49,939 nt of DNA from a bacterium (GTDB lineage: Bacteria > SZUA-182 > DTGQ01 > JAFGSM01): NCBI GenBank assembly GCA_049472355.1, contig JBLIRP010000017.1, positions 1-49,939 on the forward strand. Direction: 5' to 3'. Under the pieces are notes generated by a model. That model was not told the origin of the DNA. It searched no databases and saw nothing but the letters and a program-made list of their open reading frames with translations. Position numbers and translations under genes: made by a program. Of this stretch, positions 8,648-18,778 are shown one piece after another (positions within the stretch are counted from its first letter, which is position 1; every line of letters starts with the position of its first letter).

Positions 8648-11600
8648 TCAGTAGAAGAGGAGGTCGTCAACGGCAATCCTCCCGCCGATCCAGACACGCT
8701 CGACCGAGCTGGCGCCTACACCGGCGAAGATCTTGCCCATGACCGTATCGAGGTTCCGCTCGATGGTCTGCCATTCTCCATTGGTGAGACCAGGGCCGAG
8801 GAAGTAGTAGGCATAGTTCCCACGGCGATATTCGTAGGTGTCGGCGGTGCCGCCGTTCACGAATCCTATCGTAAACGGCAGTCCCAGGGTGTCTTCGATG
8901 TCCACCCAGATGACGAAGTTGTTCTCCGTCTTTATCCTGCAGCTCATGCCGGTCACATCGGTCACCGTAGTGATATCCCTGTACACGTTGTACCTGTCAG
9001 GGTAATCACCGGACGGATCGAGCACCATCACATTGCTCTGGACAGCATCGTCCGGCTCTGCGGTGAGGGTGGCGCCGGTGGCCGGATAGAGCGACCACCC
9101 GGAGGTGTCGTCGAAGGTATCAAGATCCTTGAATGCACGGGGTGTGGCGGAAACCGACACGCCCCTGCTCTCTTCACCCTCGACCACCTGCATGACGGTA
9201 AAGGTGTAAGGCGAAGTTCTGTTGTTCTGCAGGCCGCTCCTCGTATAGGTGAAGTTGTTCGTACCAGTGATCTGGTAGATCTCCATGTCCGGATCAACGA
9301 GGTTCGTATCGATGAAGAGCTTCGTATAGTCGATCTTATTGGGATCGGCAACGGTCCAACTCAACATCACAAGTTCGTCTCCGGCACGCGCGGTCAGGTT
9401 TTGCACGTCAGGCACACCCTCGCCGAGTGCAATATCGTCGGTGTCGAGTGTCCCGCGCAGAAGCACGCCGAGCAGGTTAACGAAACCAACCGCATCGTTC
9501 GTTGCAAAACGGAGGTCCTCATCCAGATTCCTCTGCAGGGGATACCACTCGGTAGCGCTCTTGCCGCTCCAGCCCAAACGATACTTGTACCAACCGGTCT
9601 GTTCTTTGCCAACATAGCTGTCCGCGGTGGCATTCTTATTCCCTTCGTAACTCAGGAAGTAGCCCTTGCCGTCCGTGCCCCTGACATAGGCGTCAACCCT
9701 GAAGATACCATTCGACCTGATCCGCATGCTGAGCACCGGGTTTGCGTACTCTTCAGGACTGCTCAGCCACTTGGTGACAATGTAGTTGAGTCCGGCGCTG
9801 CTCGTCATCTTCAGGAAGTAATTGTTATCTTCAGCCTTACGCGCGGTGGAGCCGGTTCCCTGCAGCCTGTACCACCCCTTTTGCAGGAGGCTCTCTCCTG
9901 ATGCATAGCCGGCATCGAAGTCATCGACCAGTGTTGTGGTCGGGGTGCTCAGGGTGATAACGACCTTTCTCCCCTCGGAGAGATTCTCCGGTGAGGCCGT
10001 ATCCACGGCCTTTAGCGTAAAGGCGTAGTCATCCCCATAATCCAGGGGATTGAAGTCTTTATCCTTGGTGATGTAGTAGGTGAAGTTGCCCTGCGAATCC
10101 GCTTTGCTTGCAGACACCAGTTCCTTCACGCAGGTGTCGCATCCCCCGGAGACACAGTCGCAGTAATAGATATAGTAGCCCTTCAGATCCTGGTGCTGAC
10201 CTGCCGGGTTATTCCAGGTCAGCTTTATTCTCCGGAACTCCTGCTCCGCCTGGAGGTTTTCAGGCGGCAGGGGTATGGTGGCCTGCGCCTTCGCGCTTAC
10301 CCTCACTCCACCGCTCTCGTTAGGCGTTGGCTTGCTGTCATAGGCAGTCACCATGAAATGATAGGTGAGGCCGTTGGTCAGCCCGGTGGCCGAATAGGAG
10401 GTAGCGGTCTTTGCAACGCTCCCGATGCGATTCGCCGGGTCCTTTGCAGGGGGTTCACCCTGTTTCCTGTAGATATAGTATCCCGCAATGTATTCGGATT
10501 GTTCTGCGGGAAGCTGCCACTGCAGTGAGACCTGGTTCTCGTTCCCCTGGGCCGTGAGATTGACCACGTCCTTGAGGATCGGTGGAGGCCCTGCGGAATG
10601 AACGCTGATGTCATCGATAAGGTCGATGTCGCCCCGCAGCAGGATGCCCTTGAGATAGTGGTACCGGTAGCCGGTCGCGTTGAAAAGATCCTCATCCATG
10701 TTCCTGCTCACCGTCTTTCCGTTCGGATCGATGAACTCCGCACCGATCTTGCAGGTCACGTATCGTCCGGAAACGCTGCACTCATCTGCCGGATCCTGTG
10801 GCACGTAGCGGATGAAAAAGTTGGATTCAGTGCTTCCCTTTACCGCATTCACATAGGCATCGAAGTAGTACAGGTTTGTGTCCTTGATGAAGAAGTTGAT
10901 CTTCGGGTAATCGGCGTTAAACGCATTGCTCGGTATCGACTTGGTGATGATGTAATTGAGCTGGCTGTTATTCGAGGGCGTGGTCTTCATCTTCGTCTGG
11001 AGAAAACGGTTCACATTTGAATTGGCATCGATCTCCTGTTTTTTGAGCATCTCACCCGATCCCTGCAGCCAGTACCATCCCTTTGCAGTGAGACTCTCCG
11101 TATATTCGAAGTCATCCACCGTGGTCGCCGGGATCTGGATGACGAAGGTGACCAGCTTCTCGGCGCTCTTATTGGGGGTGCCGCTGTCGGTGACCACGAA
11201 TTTCACCCTCACCCTGCCCGGCGAACCGTATCCGAAATCAACCGAAGAGCTGTCGATAGGCGGCATTGCAGTGAGCACGGGCGGGGTAGCGCCGGCATCA
11301 AAGTCCAGCCACTCCTCCACCAGCGGATCATTGGGATCGGCGTAGTTCGGATCGAGGGTAAAGACAAGCGGGGTATCTCCATCGGGATCGCTTGCGATCA
11401 CCTCCACGACGAAGGTTTGCCCCTCGCTCCAGAGCTGCTCCTCGGCGCTCGGGCTCGTCTCCATGACCGGCGGCTGGTTGTTGATGTTGATATCCGCCGA
11501 ATTCACGTTGATCGAGGCCGTCCCGTCCGTAGCGGTCACCGAGCAGTACCAGGTCTCATCCTGGTCGGTCAGGGCGGCCTGAAGGGTGAAGCTGGTTGCG

Positions 11601-13951
11601 GTGATTGCCCCGGATGATACCGGCGATTTCTTGGCGTTCTTCTCGGTCCATTCATAGGTGTAGTGAATGGTATCCACCCCGTCGGTCACATCCTGATCGG
11701 TCGGCACGGTGGTCACCGTGCACACCAGGCTATCGTCGTCGGTGGCATTGGGACTCGGGGCCACCTGCACGGCAAGCCCTGAAGGCGCCGAGTTTTCGAT
11801 GGTGACCGCGGTCGCCGTTGCCGAGCTTGCACTGAAGGCGCCGGAGCCATCCTTGGCCCTCACCGAGCATGACCAGGAGTCGCCCTTGCGGGTATTGCTT
11901 GCGATCAGGGTGTCGGTGGTTGCCCCCTGCGCCAAGGTATGGACCACATCGGCCTTCCCCGAGCAGGACCAGGTGAACTCATACTGCATGATGGAGACAT
12001 CCTCCGGGTCGATATCCACCGGCGATGCCGGGCTCACGGTGCAGGTAAGATTCTGCCCGGAGGTCGCCGGCGACGGTGCGCCAGAGTATGTTATAGACGC
12101 ACCAGCAGGGGTGTTCGGAGGCGTGTTGTTTATAGTCGCGGTGGTCGAGCTGGCCTGAGTCGAACTTGCCGCTTCACCGTCCCACGCCCGCACCGTACAT
12201 GTCCATACGTGGCCCTTTCCGGTCTCGGAATCCTCAAGCGTATCGGAAAGAGCGGTTTTGGGTCCATGCTCGATGGATGCCTTTCCTCCGCAGTTGGTGC
12301 AGGACCATACGTAGTAGTAATCAAGCGGCGAATCTTCAGGATCGGCATCCGTTGACGATGTTCCGATGGTGCAGGTAATATCGTGAGTGGTATCCGTACT
12401 ATTCGGGTCGACCGTGACATTGCCCGGTGCGGTAGGCAACGAGTTCCGCACTTCCACCGGATCTGAATCTATCGGGTCTGCGGAACCGTCCTTGTCCTTC
12501 ACCGTCACGCGGCAGTAATACTCCTTCCCCTTTTCCGTCTGCGATATGGGTAGGGTATTGGTAAACGCGGTGCTGTTCGTGTCCGTGAGGATGCTCACGT
12601 TATCTTCAAACCATTCGTAATCGTACAGGAGCGTATCACCAGTATCGGGATTCTTGATCGAGTTGGGATCCACCTTGCAGATAATCTCATCATCGGTATA
12701 CGGTTCCGCAGGCTCAATGGTCGGCTTATCCGGTTGCGTCGGAGGGCCGTTCAGGACTATCACCGTAAAAATCGCCTCATCCTCCATGCCTTCGACATCA
12801 GCCGCCGTGATTTTAATCTCCCGGTGAAATCCGCCAACCGGTGACGGCCATACAATTTGGACGCAGTTCGTGTCCCCGGAAACGGTTTGTAAGTTCATAC
12901 CATCAGGCTCGTCGATGAGATCAAATGTAACAGCAGCTCCTTCGGGGTCATAGGCGCACACCTGTGGTAGATTCGAACTGTAGTAGGCAGGGATATTCGT
13001 ATTCTCTGGATCTGTCTTGTCTGGCTCGTCAAGGGTAAGATTTGGTTTCTGGTTGTGATACAGGACAAGCTGGTTATAGCCGGACAAGCATCCCATATCT
13101 ACTGTTGGAATATGTGTTAATATGCAACTAGGTGCATTACTGTTTTGTGGATTAATCAATTGGTATGGGAATGTTGTATTGATAATCCGTTGCCCGACAT
13201 TATTGCCAGCGACCTTTCCTCCGAATGCAATAATCTTGATTGGATGATTCGTGGGGGAAGTCACCCAATCCATATATCCTCCCCCCGTTGTTCGAAGCGA
13301 ATTTAACAGAATATTCACTATCGAACCTGACGGCCACCCATTATTTCCTCCTGAAACAGGATAATTCCCACCTGCAGCTACAATCACGAGTGCCCCATCA
13401 CTAATTATATTTGAAGATGCTATACTGCCTTCATACAGGATGAATCTAAGGAACCCATTATTAGTAGGAGACGCTGTCTGACTCGGCTCCGTTTTCACCT
13501 CCAACAACGACCCAAATGGCGGATAATCGATATTTGTTGCGCTTCCTGTAACACGCGAACGCGTTTGGACATAATATGTTTTCGGGTCTGTCGGAAGATT
13601 GTCGACGACGGCCTGCATAATCCCCCGCTGTTGGGCAAGGGTGGGATCTGCACTGCCATCCCAGGGCGTTACTGTGTATCCTGAAACAAGGGTAGGAGAC
13701 GATGTATTGTTCTCGTAAACCAAGACATCGCAGTAATCGCTTTCTTCATCTACCTCCCAGACAACACTAAATTTTCCGACAGTCACATCATAGATATAGA
13801 CATCTCCAACAGGCTGTCCGGAAATAGCTGGATGGGTAAAGCAGAGTGCCAAAGCAATTGCCATAAAAAAGGGCAGAATTTTTAGAAAAATGCCCTTCTC
13901 TCTCTTCACCCAGCATTTTTTATTTCTCATTATACACCTGGGACCATGCAT
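8648..13951 (-). CDS. Large secreted/surface protein with Ig-like, cadherin-like and FN3 repeats and three copies of an uncharacterised domain
   Basis: N-terminal signal-like segment; four ~100-aa repeats (N-x-x-P...C...Y-x-W...C-x-V...DG); DPEG/DPDG cadherin-like units; FN3 units (V-x-L-x-W...Y-x-F-x-V); three DDF...RN(L/M)D...DD(I/L) domains. Confidence 0.88.
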   Translation of the reverse strand: MHGPRCIMRNKKCWVKREKGIFLKILPFFMAIALALCFTHPAISGQPVGDVYIYDVTVGKFSVVWEVDEESDYCDVLVYENNTSSPTLVSGYTVTPWDGSADPTLAQQRGIMQAVVDNLPTDPKTYYVQTRSRVTGSATNIDYPPFGSLLEVKTEPSQTASPTNNGFLRFILYEGSIASSNIISDGALVIVAAGGNYPVSGGNNGWPSGSIVNILLNSLRTTGGGYMDWVTSPTNHPIKIIAFGGKVAGNNVGQRIINTTFPYQLINPQNSNAPSCILTHIPTVDMGCLSGYNQLVLYHNQKPNLTLDEPDKTDPENTNIPAYYSSNLPQVCAYDPEGAAVTFDLIDEPDGMNLQTVSGDTNCVQIVWPSPVGGFHREIKITAADVEGMEDEAIFTVIVLNGPPTQPDKPTIEPAEPYTDDEIICKVDPNSIKNPDTGDTLLYDYEWFEDNVSILTDTNSTAFTNTLPISQTEKGKEYYCRVTVKDKDGSADPIDSDPVEVRNSLPTAPGNVTVDPNSTDTTHDITCTIGTSSTDADPEDSPLDYYYVWSCTNCGGKASIEHGPKTALSDTLEDSETGKGHVWTCTVRAWDGEAASSTQASSTTATINNTPPNTPAGASITYSGAPSPATSGQNLTCTVSPASPVDIDPEDVSIMQYEFTWSCSGKADVVHTLAQGATTDTLIASNTRKGDSWSCSVRAKDGSGAFSASSATATAVTIENSAPSGLAVQVAPSPNATDDDSLVCTVTTVPTDQDVTDGVDTIHYTYEWTEKNAKKSPVSSGAITATSFTLQAALTDQDETWYCSVTATDGTASINVNSADININNQPPVMETSPSAEEQLWSEGQTFVVEVIASDPDGDTPLVFTLDPNYADPNDPLVEEWLDFDAGATPPVLTAMPPIDSSSVDFGYGSPGRVRVKFVVTDSGTPNKSAEKLVTFVIQIPATTVDDFEYTESLTAKGWYWLQGSGEMLKKQEIDANSNVNRFLQTKMKTTPSNNSQLNYIITKSIPSNAFNADYPKINFFIKDTNLYYFDAYVNAVKGSTESNFFIRYVPQDPADECSVSGRYVTCKIGAEFIDPNGKTVSRNMDEDLFNATGYRYHYLKGILLRGDIDLIDDISVHSAGPPPILKDVVNLTAQGNENQVSLQWQLPAEQSEYIAGYYIYRKQGEPPAKDPANRIGSVAKTATSYSATGLTNGLTYHFMVTAYDSKPTPNESGGVRVSAKAQATIPLPPENLQAEQEFRRIKLTWNNPAGQHQDLKGYYIYYCDCVSGGCDTCVKELVSASKADSQGNFTYYITKDKDFNPLDYGDDYAFTLKAVDTASPENLSEGRKVVITLSTPTTTLVDDFDAGYASGESLLQKGWYRLQGTGSTARKAEDNNYFLKMTSSAGLNYIVTKWLSSPEEYANPVLSMRIRSNGIFRVDAYVRGTDGKGYFLSYEGNKNATADSYVGKEQTGWYKYRLGWSGKSATEWYPLQRNLDEDLRFATNDAVGFVNLLGVLLRGTLDTDDIALGEGVPDVQNLTARAGDELVMLSWTVADPNKIDYTKLFIDTNLVDPDMEIYQITGTNNFTYTRSGLQNNRTSPYTFTVMQVVEGEESRGVSVSATPRAFKDLDTFDDTSGWSLYPATGATLTAEPDDAVQSNVMVLDPSGDYPDRYNVYRDITTVTDVTGMSCRIKTENNFVIWVDIEDTLGLPFTIGFVNGGTADTYEYRRGNYAYYFLGPGLTNGEWQTIERNLDTVMGKIFAGVGASSVERVWIGGRIAVDDLLFY

Positions 13952-14079
13952 TATAAATCCTCCTTTCGCAGGATAAGACGCTTCGATATGATATTGTAAT
14001 CATAAGCCTTTTTAGCGAATAGCTTTAAAATTTGAGTTTTTTCAAAATCTTAAGTCTGTTTATTGGTAGTAATTCCCCT

Positions 14080-15573
14080 TTAGTTTGAAAATGGATCCCA
14101 AGAAGTAACATCGCTTGTTGTAACAATTTTTGCAAAATAGAATTGCGCATTTTGCATGAAGTACACGCTGTCAGTAACCCATTGTTCTGTAACAGGATTG
14201 TAATAACGGGTGGTCGGCCACTGCCAATCCTTTTGTTTATTATCAAATACATTAATAAGCTGAACGCTTCCTTGACCAAGTCTTGCTTCTATATCCAACA
14301 ATAAATTTTCAGTAGTATAATATGCAGGTAATTGCGTAAAGGTAACCAAGTTATTCCCATTTCTCAATCGTACGGAAACGGACTCGGGCTTGCCATAAAA
14401 TGTTACCTCCCCCGTCATGTCGACTGCCATAATAATGAAGCATCCCTGACCTGCCTGAATCTCCTCGCTATCTTCAATTACGTATTGTTCCAGCACTGGA
14501 TTATACGCCTTGTACGTCGGGTAATTATACCTCTGCCCATTATTGTCCCATAAGTAGATGTAAATGACATGGCTTTCTTCATTATCACCTACCCCATCCG
14601 CCCGGTCTATGTCCTTTAAAAGATCCCCGGTGGTGTATCCCTCAGGCAGCTTGAAGGGTAATGAGAAACAATTCAATCCCTTGGTGAATTTAAAGCTCGC
14701 CGAGACCTTCGGCATCATGATCGGCTCCCCGTTCACCTTGTCAATCGATTCCACCCGGCCCCAACTGATCACATAATGATTCGGGTCTTCCGTGCTTTTC
14801 CCTAATATTTCCTGAGTGCCGCACACGATCGTGAACTTGATCATCTCCGCCCCTTGGAGCTGCAAGGGGAATTTATAATTGTCACCTGACGCGTATCCGC
14901 CGAACAGGTTGTTCATTTCGATAAGGGCATACTGTTTATATGACGGATTGTTGGGATCGTAGGTCGTTGATTCTCCCCCCGGTAATCCATCACCGACCCA
15001 TGCAGAAACTGAATAATCGCTGAGCTGTGTGGTACCGCTGGAATCATAGATATCCGCGAGCACCAGGGCACCGAGCGCAGGACTCGTGCCGTCGGCCTTC
15101 TTGAAGACTGCCTTGTGCACCACATCGTTGCTCACGATGTCGTGGTCATTCGGGTCGTTCGACGCCAGGCCCCTGAGGCTTTCAGTGGTTACCTCGCTGT
15201 AATGGAAAGGGGTTCCGCTGTCCTGGGTGACCCCGAAATGATATGTCGTGCCATAATCCAGCCCCACGACGCTTACCTTGGCAATCCCGAAATCCTTCCC
15301 ATCCTCTCCGGGTTGGCCGTCAGTGGTATCCATTATGATTTGATTGGGATTTAAGGCGACCTCAGTACTGTGGCTGCCATCGGTATAGAGTTTGATGCCG
15401 CAGCTTGTATACGTCCCCTCGGTCGTCCAGACCACGCTGAACATCTTGGTCGTCACGTCGCAGATGAGCGGCGGCTGAAGGGTTGCGGCATTGACCTGCG
15501 TCAGGAAAAAAAGAAATGGTGAAATAGCAACAATCACAAAAAAAATCCTCTTCCATCCCCTCGGGCAACTCAT
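14080..15573 (-). CDS. Secreted protein with an FN3-like N-terminal domain and a duplicated C-terminal module
   Basis: Signal peptide ending VNA|ATL; N-terminus homologous to that of the 1767-aa protein; two C-terminal repeats (G-x-N...YTT-x-x-LL-x-DI...YNPV-x-EQ). SD AAAGGAGG. Confidence 0.85.
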   Translation of the reverse strand: MSCPRGWKRIFFVIVAISPFLFFLTQVNAATLQPPLICDVTTKMFSVVWTTEGTYTSCGIKLYTDGSHSTEVALNPNQIIMDTTDGQPGEDGKDFGIAKVSVVGLDYGTTYHFGVTQDSGTPFHYSEVTTESLRGLASNDPNDHDIVSNDVVHKAVFKKADGTSPALGALVLADIYDSSGTTQLSDYSVSAWVGDGLPGGESTTYDPNNPSYKQYALIEMNNLFGGYASGDNYKFPLQLQGAEMIKFTIVCGTQEILGKSTEDPNHYVISWGRVESIDKVNGEPIMMPKVSASFKFTKGLNCFSLPFKLPEGYTTGDLLKDIDRADGVGDNEESHVIYIYLWDNNGQRYNYPTYKAYNPVLEQYVIEDSEEIQAGQGCFIIMAVDMTGEVTFYGKPESVSVRLRNGNNLVTFTQLPAYYTTENLLLDIEARLGQGSVQLINVFDNKQKDWQWPTTRYYNPVTEQWVTDSVYFMQNAQFYFAKIVTTSDVTSWDPFSN

Positions 15574-15809
15574 TGGATGGATCCTCCTTTCATTCGCTTG
15601 AAAGTGTCAACAATTTCGGGTCACGTATAGACCGGCTAACCGAAATTGACGACTTACGTAAGAAATTACTTACTCCTCATCCGATCGCTCGAAATGCGTG
15701 TAATCTATTTGTCAATAGCGCAGGATGCCGGAGCATTCAATTATGTATCACATTTGTTCTGTTGTATCGTTTCCCCCCTTGGTATACGGTTTCACGTAAT
15801 AGATAATGA

Positions 15810-15825
15810 AGCAAGATTAGTGCCA
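15810..15825 (-). promoter_or_regulatory. sigma54 -24/-12 promoter element
   Basis: Minus strand TGGCACTAATCTTGCT, 237 bp upstream of the 14080..15573 start. Confidence 0.85.
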
Positions 15826-16201
15826 TATATTTTATGAATACAACACCTGATTCCGAATATTTTCACTGGTTATAAGGTTAAGATAGCATAGTAAATAAAT
15901 GACCGGTCCCCTTATCCTGCTCATGCTGGGAGCAGGTATACAAAAACATTCACAAGTATGCATTGCACTACATAATAACCATGCATCTCTTTGCATAGGT
16001 GTTTGACAAGAGGGAAATATATATACGGTTACCCAAAATGACCATCATCGGAATGCTTCTGGAGGAGCAAAACTACCCTACAATCAAGAGGTTTAAGTAA
16101 ATACCCAGTAAAATACCATTTTTATTAAAGTTAAAAAATTACATCCCAATTATAACAATTAAAATCTTCCATGTCAATCGGTTATCATATATTTTATAAG
16201 G

Positions 16202-17491
16202 CTAACCGATCCGTGCCTTGATCGATCGGGCATGGGCATCAAGGCCTTCAATCCGTGCGAGCATAATTGCCTTTTCCCCTATGTCCTGCAGCCCTTCCCG
16301 AGTGTAAAAACTGATCCCGGAGCGCTTGATGAAATCATCCACGCCGAGGGCAGAGAAGAACCTCGCCGTCCCTCCGGTGGGAAGGACATGATTCGGCCCT
16401 GCGATATAATCCCCCACCGGCTCAGGGGTGTAGTATCCCAAAAAGATGGAGCCCGCATTCCTGATCCTTCCCAGCCAGGGGAACGGATCATTGAGTGCGA
16501 GTTCCAAATGCTCGGGGCCGATCGTATTCACCACCTCGACGGCCTGGTCGATATCCGCGACCTGGACGATGAGACCGTACTGTTCGAGTGAACGGCGGCA
16601 GATATCGCCGCGCCGGAGTAGGCCCAGTTGTGATTCAATCTCCCTGCGAACGGCATCAATGAGAGAAGCGGACGGGGTGACAAGGATCGAGGAGGCACGC
16701 TCATCATGCTCCGCCTGTGATAGCAGGTCTGCGGCGACAAATTGGGGCGGGGCGGAATCATCCGCCACCACCAGTATCTCGCTTGGTCCGGCGAGCATAT
16801 CGATGTTCACGTGTCCGAACACAAGTTTTTTTGCCAGGGTGACAAAAATATTCCCTGGACCGACGATCTTGTCGACCTTCGGGATCGTTTCGGTACCAAA
16901 GGAAAGGGCGGCTATTGCCTGCGCACCCCCGACCTTGAATACCTTGTTCACCCCCGCCATATCAGCGGCAACAAGGATATACGGATTCAGGCGCTTGTCC
17001 GGCCGGGGTGGTGAAACGCAGCAAATCTCATCCACGCCGGCGATCTTCGCCGGAATCGCACACATGAGAACCGATGAGGGATAGGGCGCCTTGCCGCCGG
17101 GGACATAGATGCCGACGCGCTCAAGGGGGGTAATCATCTGACCGAGCATACCGCCGAAGGGCCCGGGATGAATCCAGGTATTCCTCCGCTGCCTTCCATG
17201 GTAATCCTCAATCCGTTCCATGGCAAATCTGATGACATCGATCCCCTCCTGCGGCACCTTGCTGTATGCCTCCTCGATCTCCGATCGATCGACAACAAGG
17301 TCCTTTGGGGAAAGATGGGCACCATCAAACCGCCCGGTATATTCAAGCAGGGCGTCATCACCCCTGCGGCGAACATCGCTGACGATCTCCTTCACCCTCG
17401 TTTCAAGCGATGCGTCATCAAAAGAGCCTCTCGATTTAAACTCCGCAAGGGCTGCGTGAAACCCCGGCTCATGTGCCTTTAGTACCCTCAT
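16202..17491 (-). CDS. hisD: Histidinol dehydrogenase
   Basis: GIYVPGG, GGAQAIAAL, KIVGPGN, IDMLAGPSE, DLLSQAEHD, PEHLE and GPNHVLPT motifs; ATGA overlap with murA. Confidence 0.98.
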   Translation of the reverse strand: MRVLKAHEPGFHAALAEFKSRGSFDDASLETRVKEIVSDVRRRGDDALLEYTGRFDGAHLSPKDLVVDRSEIEEAYSKVPQEGIDVIRFAMERIEDYHGRQRRNTWIHPGPFGGMLGQMITPLERVGIYVPGGKAPYPSSVLMCAIPAKIAGVDEICCVSPPRPDKRLNPYILVAADMAGVNKVFKVGGAQAIAALSFGTETIPKVDKIVGPGNIFVTLAKKLVFGHVNIDMLAGPSEILVVADDSAPPQFVAADLLSQAEHDERASSILVTPSASLIDAVRREIESQLGLLRRGDICRRSLEQYGLIVQVADIDQAVEVVNTIGPEHLELALNDPFPWLGRIRNAGSIFLGYYTPEPVGDYIAGPNHVLPTGGTARFFSALGVDDFIKRSGISFYTREGLQDIGEKAIMLARIEGLDAHARSIKARIG

Positions 17492-18756
17492 GACTCTCGC
17501 TCCCTCCTGATTACGGCCCCCAATTTACCGAACTTTTCCTCTATCCGTTCATACCCCCGGTCAAGATGATAGATCCTGGAGACAGTGGTTTCTCCTCGTG
17601 CGGCGAGCCCCGCCAGTATAAGGCATGCACTTGCCCTCAGGTCGGTTGCCATCACCGGAGCACCGTCCATATGGTTCACCCCCTTGACAATCGCCGTATG
17701 GCCGTCGATATCGATGTCCGCCCCCATCCTCATCAGCTCCTGAACATGCATGAAGCGATTTTCAAACACCGTCTCCCTGATCAGGCTCACCCCCCGTGCC
17801 AGACAGAGGAGCGCCATAAACTGGGCCTGCATGTCCGTGGGGAAACCGGGATAGGGGGCGGTGCTGATCTCCGCGGGAAGTATCTTATCCGTAACCTTCC
17901 GCTCCACCTCGATGATGTCCGGAGCGGGATTGGTGACCACCGCCCCCGTCTCTTCCAGTTTTTCGCTCACCGCAGAAACGAATTCGAAGGGGCAATTCCT
18001 GACTGCAATCCTTCCCCCCGTTATGGCCGCCGCAACCATGAATGTGCCCGCCTCGATACGGTCGGGGATAATCCGGTGATCGAACGGACGGAGGTCTCGA
18101 TTCCCCTTGATGAGAAGGCGGTCGGTGCCGGCTCCCTCGACAGAGGCCCCCATTGCTATCAGGACATGGGCCAGATCGACGATCTCCGGCTCCCTTGCGG
18201 CATTATCGATGATGGTCTCACCGTCGATAATGGCAGCCGCCATCATGAGGTTTTCGGTACACGTAACACTGGGCAGGTCAAGGATGATATGCCCCCCGTG
18301 CATTCGTTTACATTCCGCCTTCACATACCCACGCACCAGATCGATGTTCACCCCGAGTTTTTTGAGTCCCTTGAGATGAAGGTTGATGGGACGCGCTCCG
18401 ATTGCGCAGCCCCCGGGAAGGGATACCTCAGCCTGGCCGAAGCGCCCCACCAGAGGGCCTAAAACAAGGACAGAGGCCCTCATGGTTTTGACCAGATCAT
18501 ACGGAATACGGCACGGAGAGACCCGTGAGGAATCAATCTCGATGACATCCGCACCGATATGATGAACGCCGGCACCGAGCAGGGCCAACAGCCTCTCCGT
18601 GGTGGCAATGTCCTTAAGCCGGGGTATGTTACGTATGGTTGATTGTCCCTGTGTCAGGAGGGTGGCGGCAAGCACCGGGAGGGCGGTGTTTTTTGCGCCG
18701 CTGACATACACGTCGCCGAACAGGGGCTTACCTCCCTCGATAACGATCTTATCCAG
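17488..18756 (-). CDS. murA: UDP-N-acetylglucosamine 1-carboxyvinyltransferase (probable CTG start)
   Basis: [33 protein letters not shown] and TDLRAS motifs. The conserved N-terminus (L/M)DKIVIEGG begins at CTG 18756 with SD AAGGAG; ORF track starts at GTG 18711. Confidence 0.97.
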   Translation of the reverse strand: MDKIVIEGGKPLFGDVYVSGAKNTALPVLAATLLTQGQSTIRNIPRLKDIATTERLLALLGAGVHHIGADVIEIDSSRVSPCRIPYDLVKTMRASVLVLGPLVGRFGQAEVSLPGGCAIGARPINLHLKGLKKLGVNIDLVRGYVKAECKRMHGGHIILDLPSVTCTENLMMAAAIIDGETIIDNAAREPEIVDLAHVLIAMGASVEGAGTDRLLIKGNRDLRPFDHRIIPDRIEAGTFMVAAAITGGRIAVRNCPFEFVSAVSEKLEETGAVVTNPAPDIIEVERKVTDKILPAEISTAPYPGFPTDMQAQFMALLCLARGVSLIRETVFENRFMHVQELMRMGADIDIDGHTAIVKGVNHMDGAPVMATDLRASACLILAGLAARGETTVSRIYHLDRGYERIEEKFGKLGAVIRRERES

Positions 18757-18778
18757 CTTAACGACTCCTTTCCCTGCA

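Noticed and set aside
8591..9901. 436-aa plus-strand ORF
   Set aside because: Antisense to the 1767-aa gene, overlaps its terminator and has no recognisable motifs.
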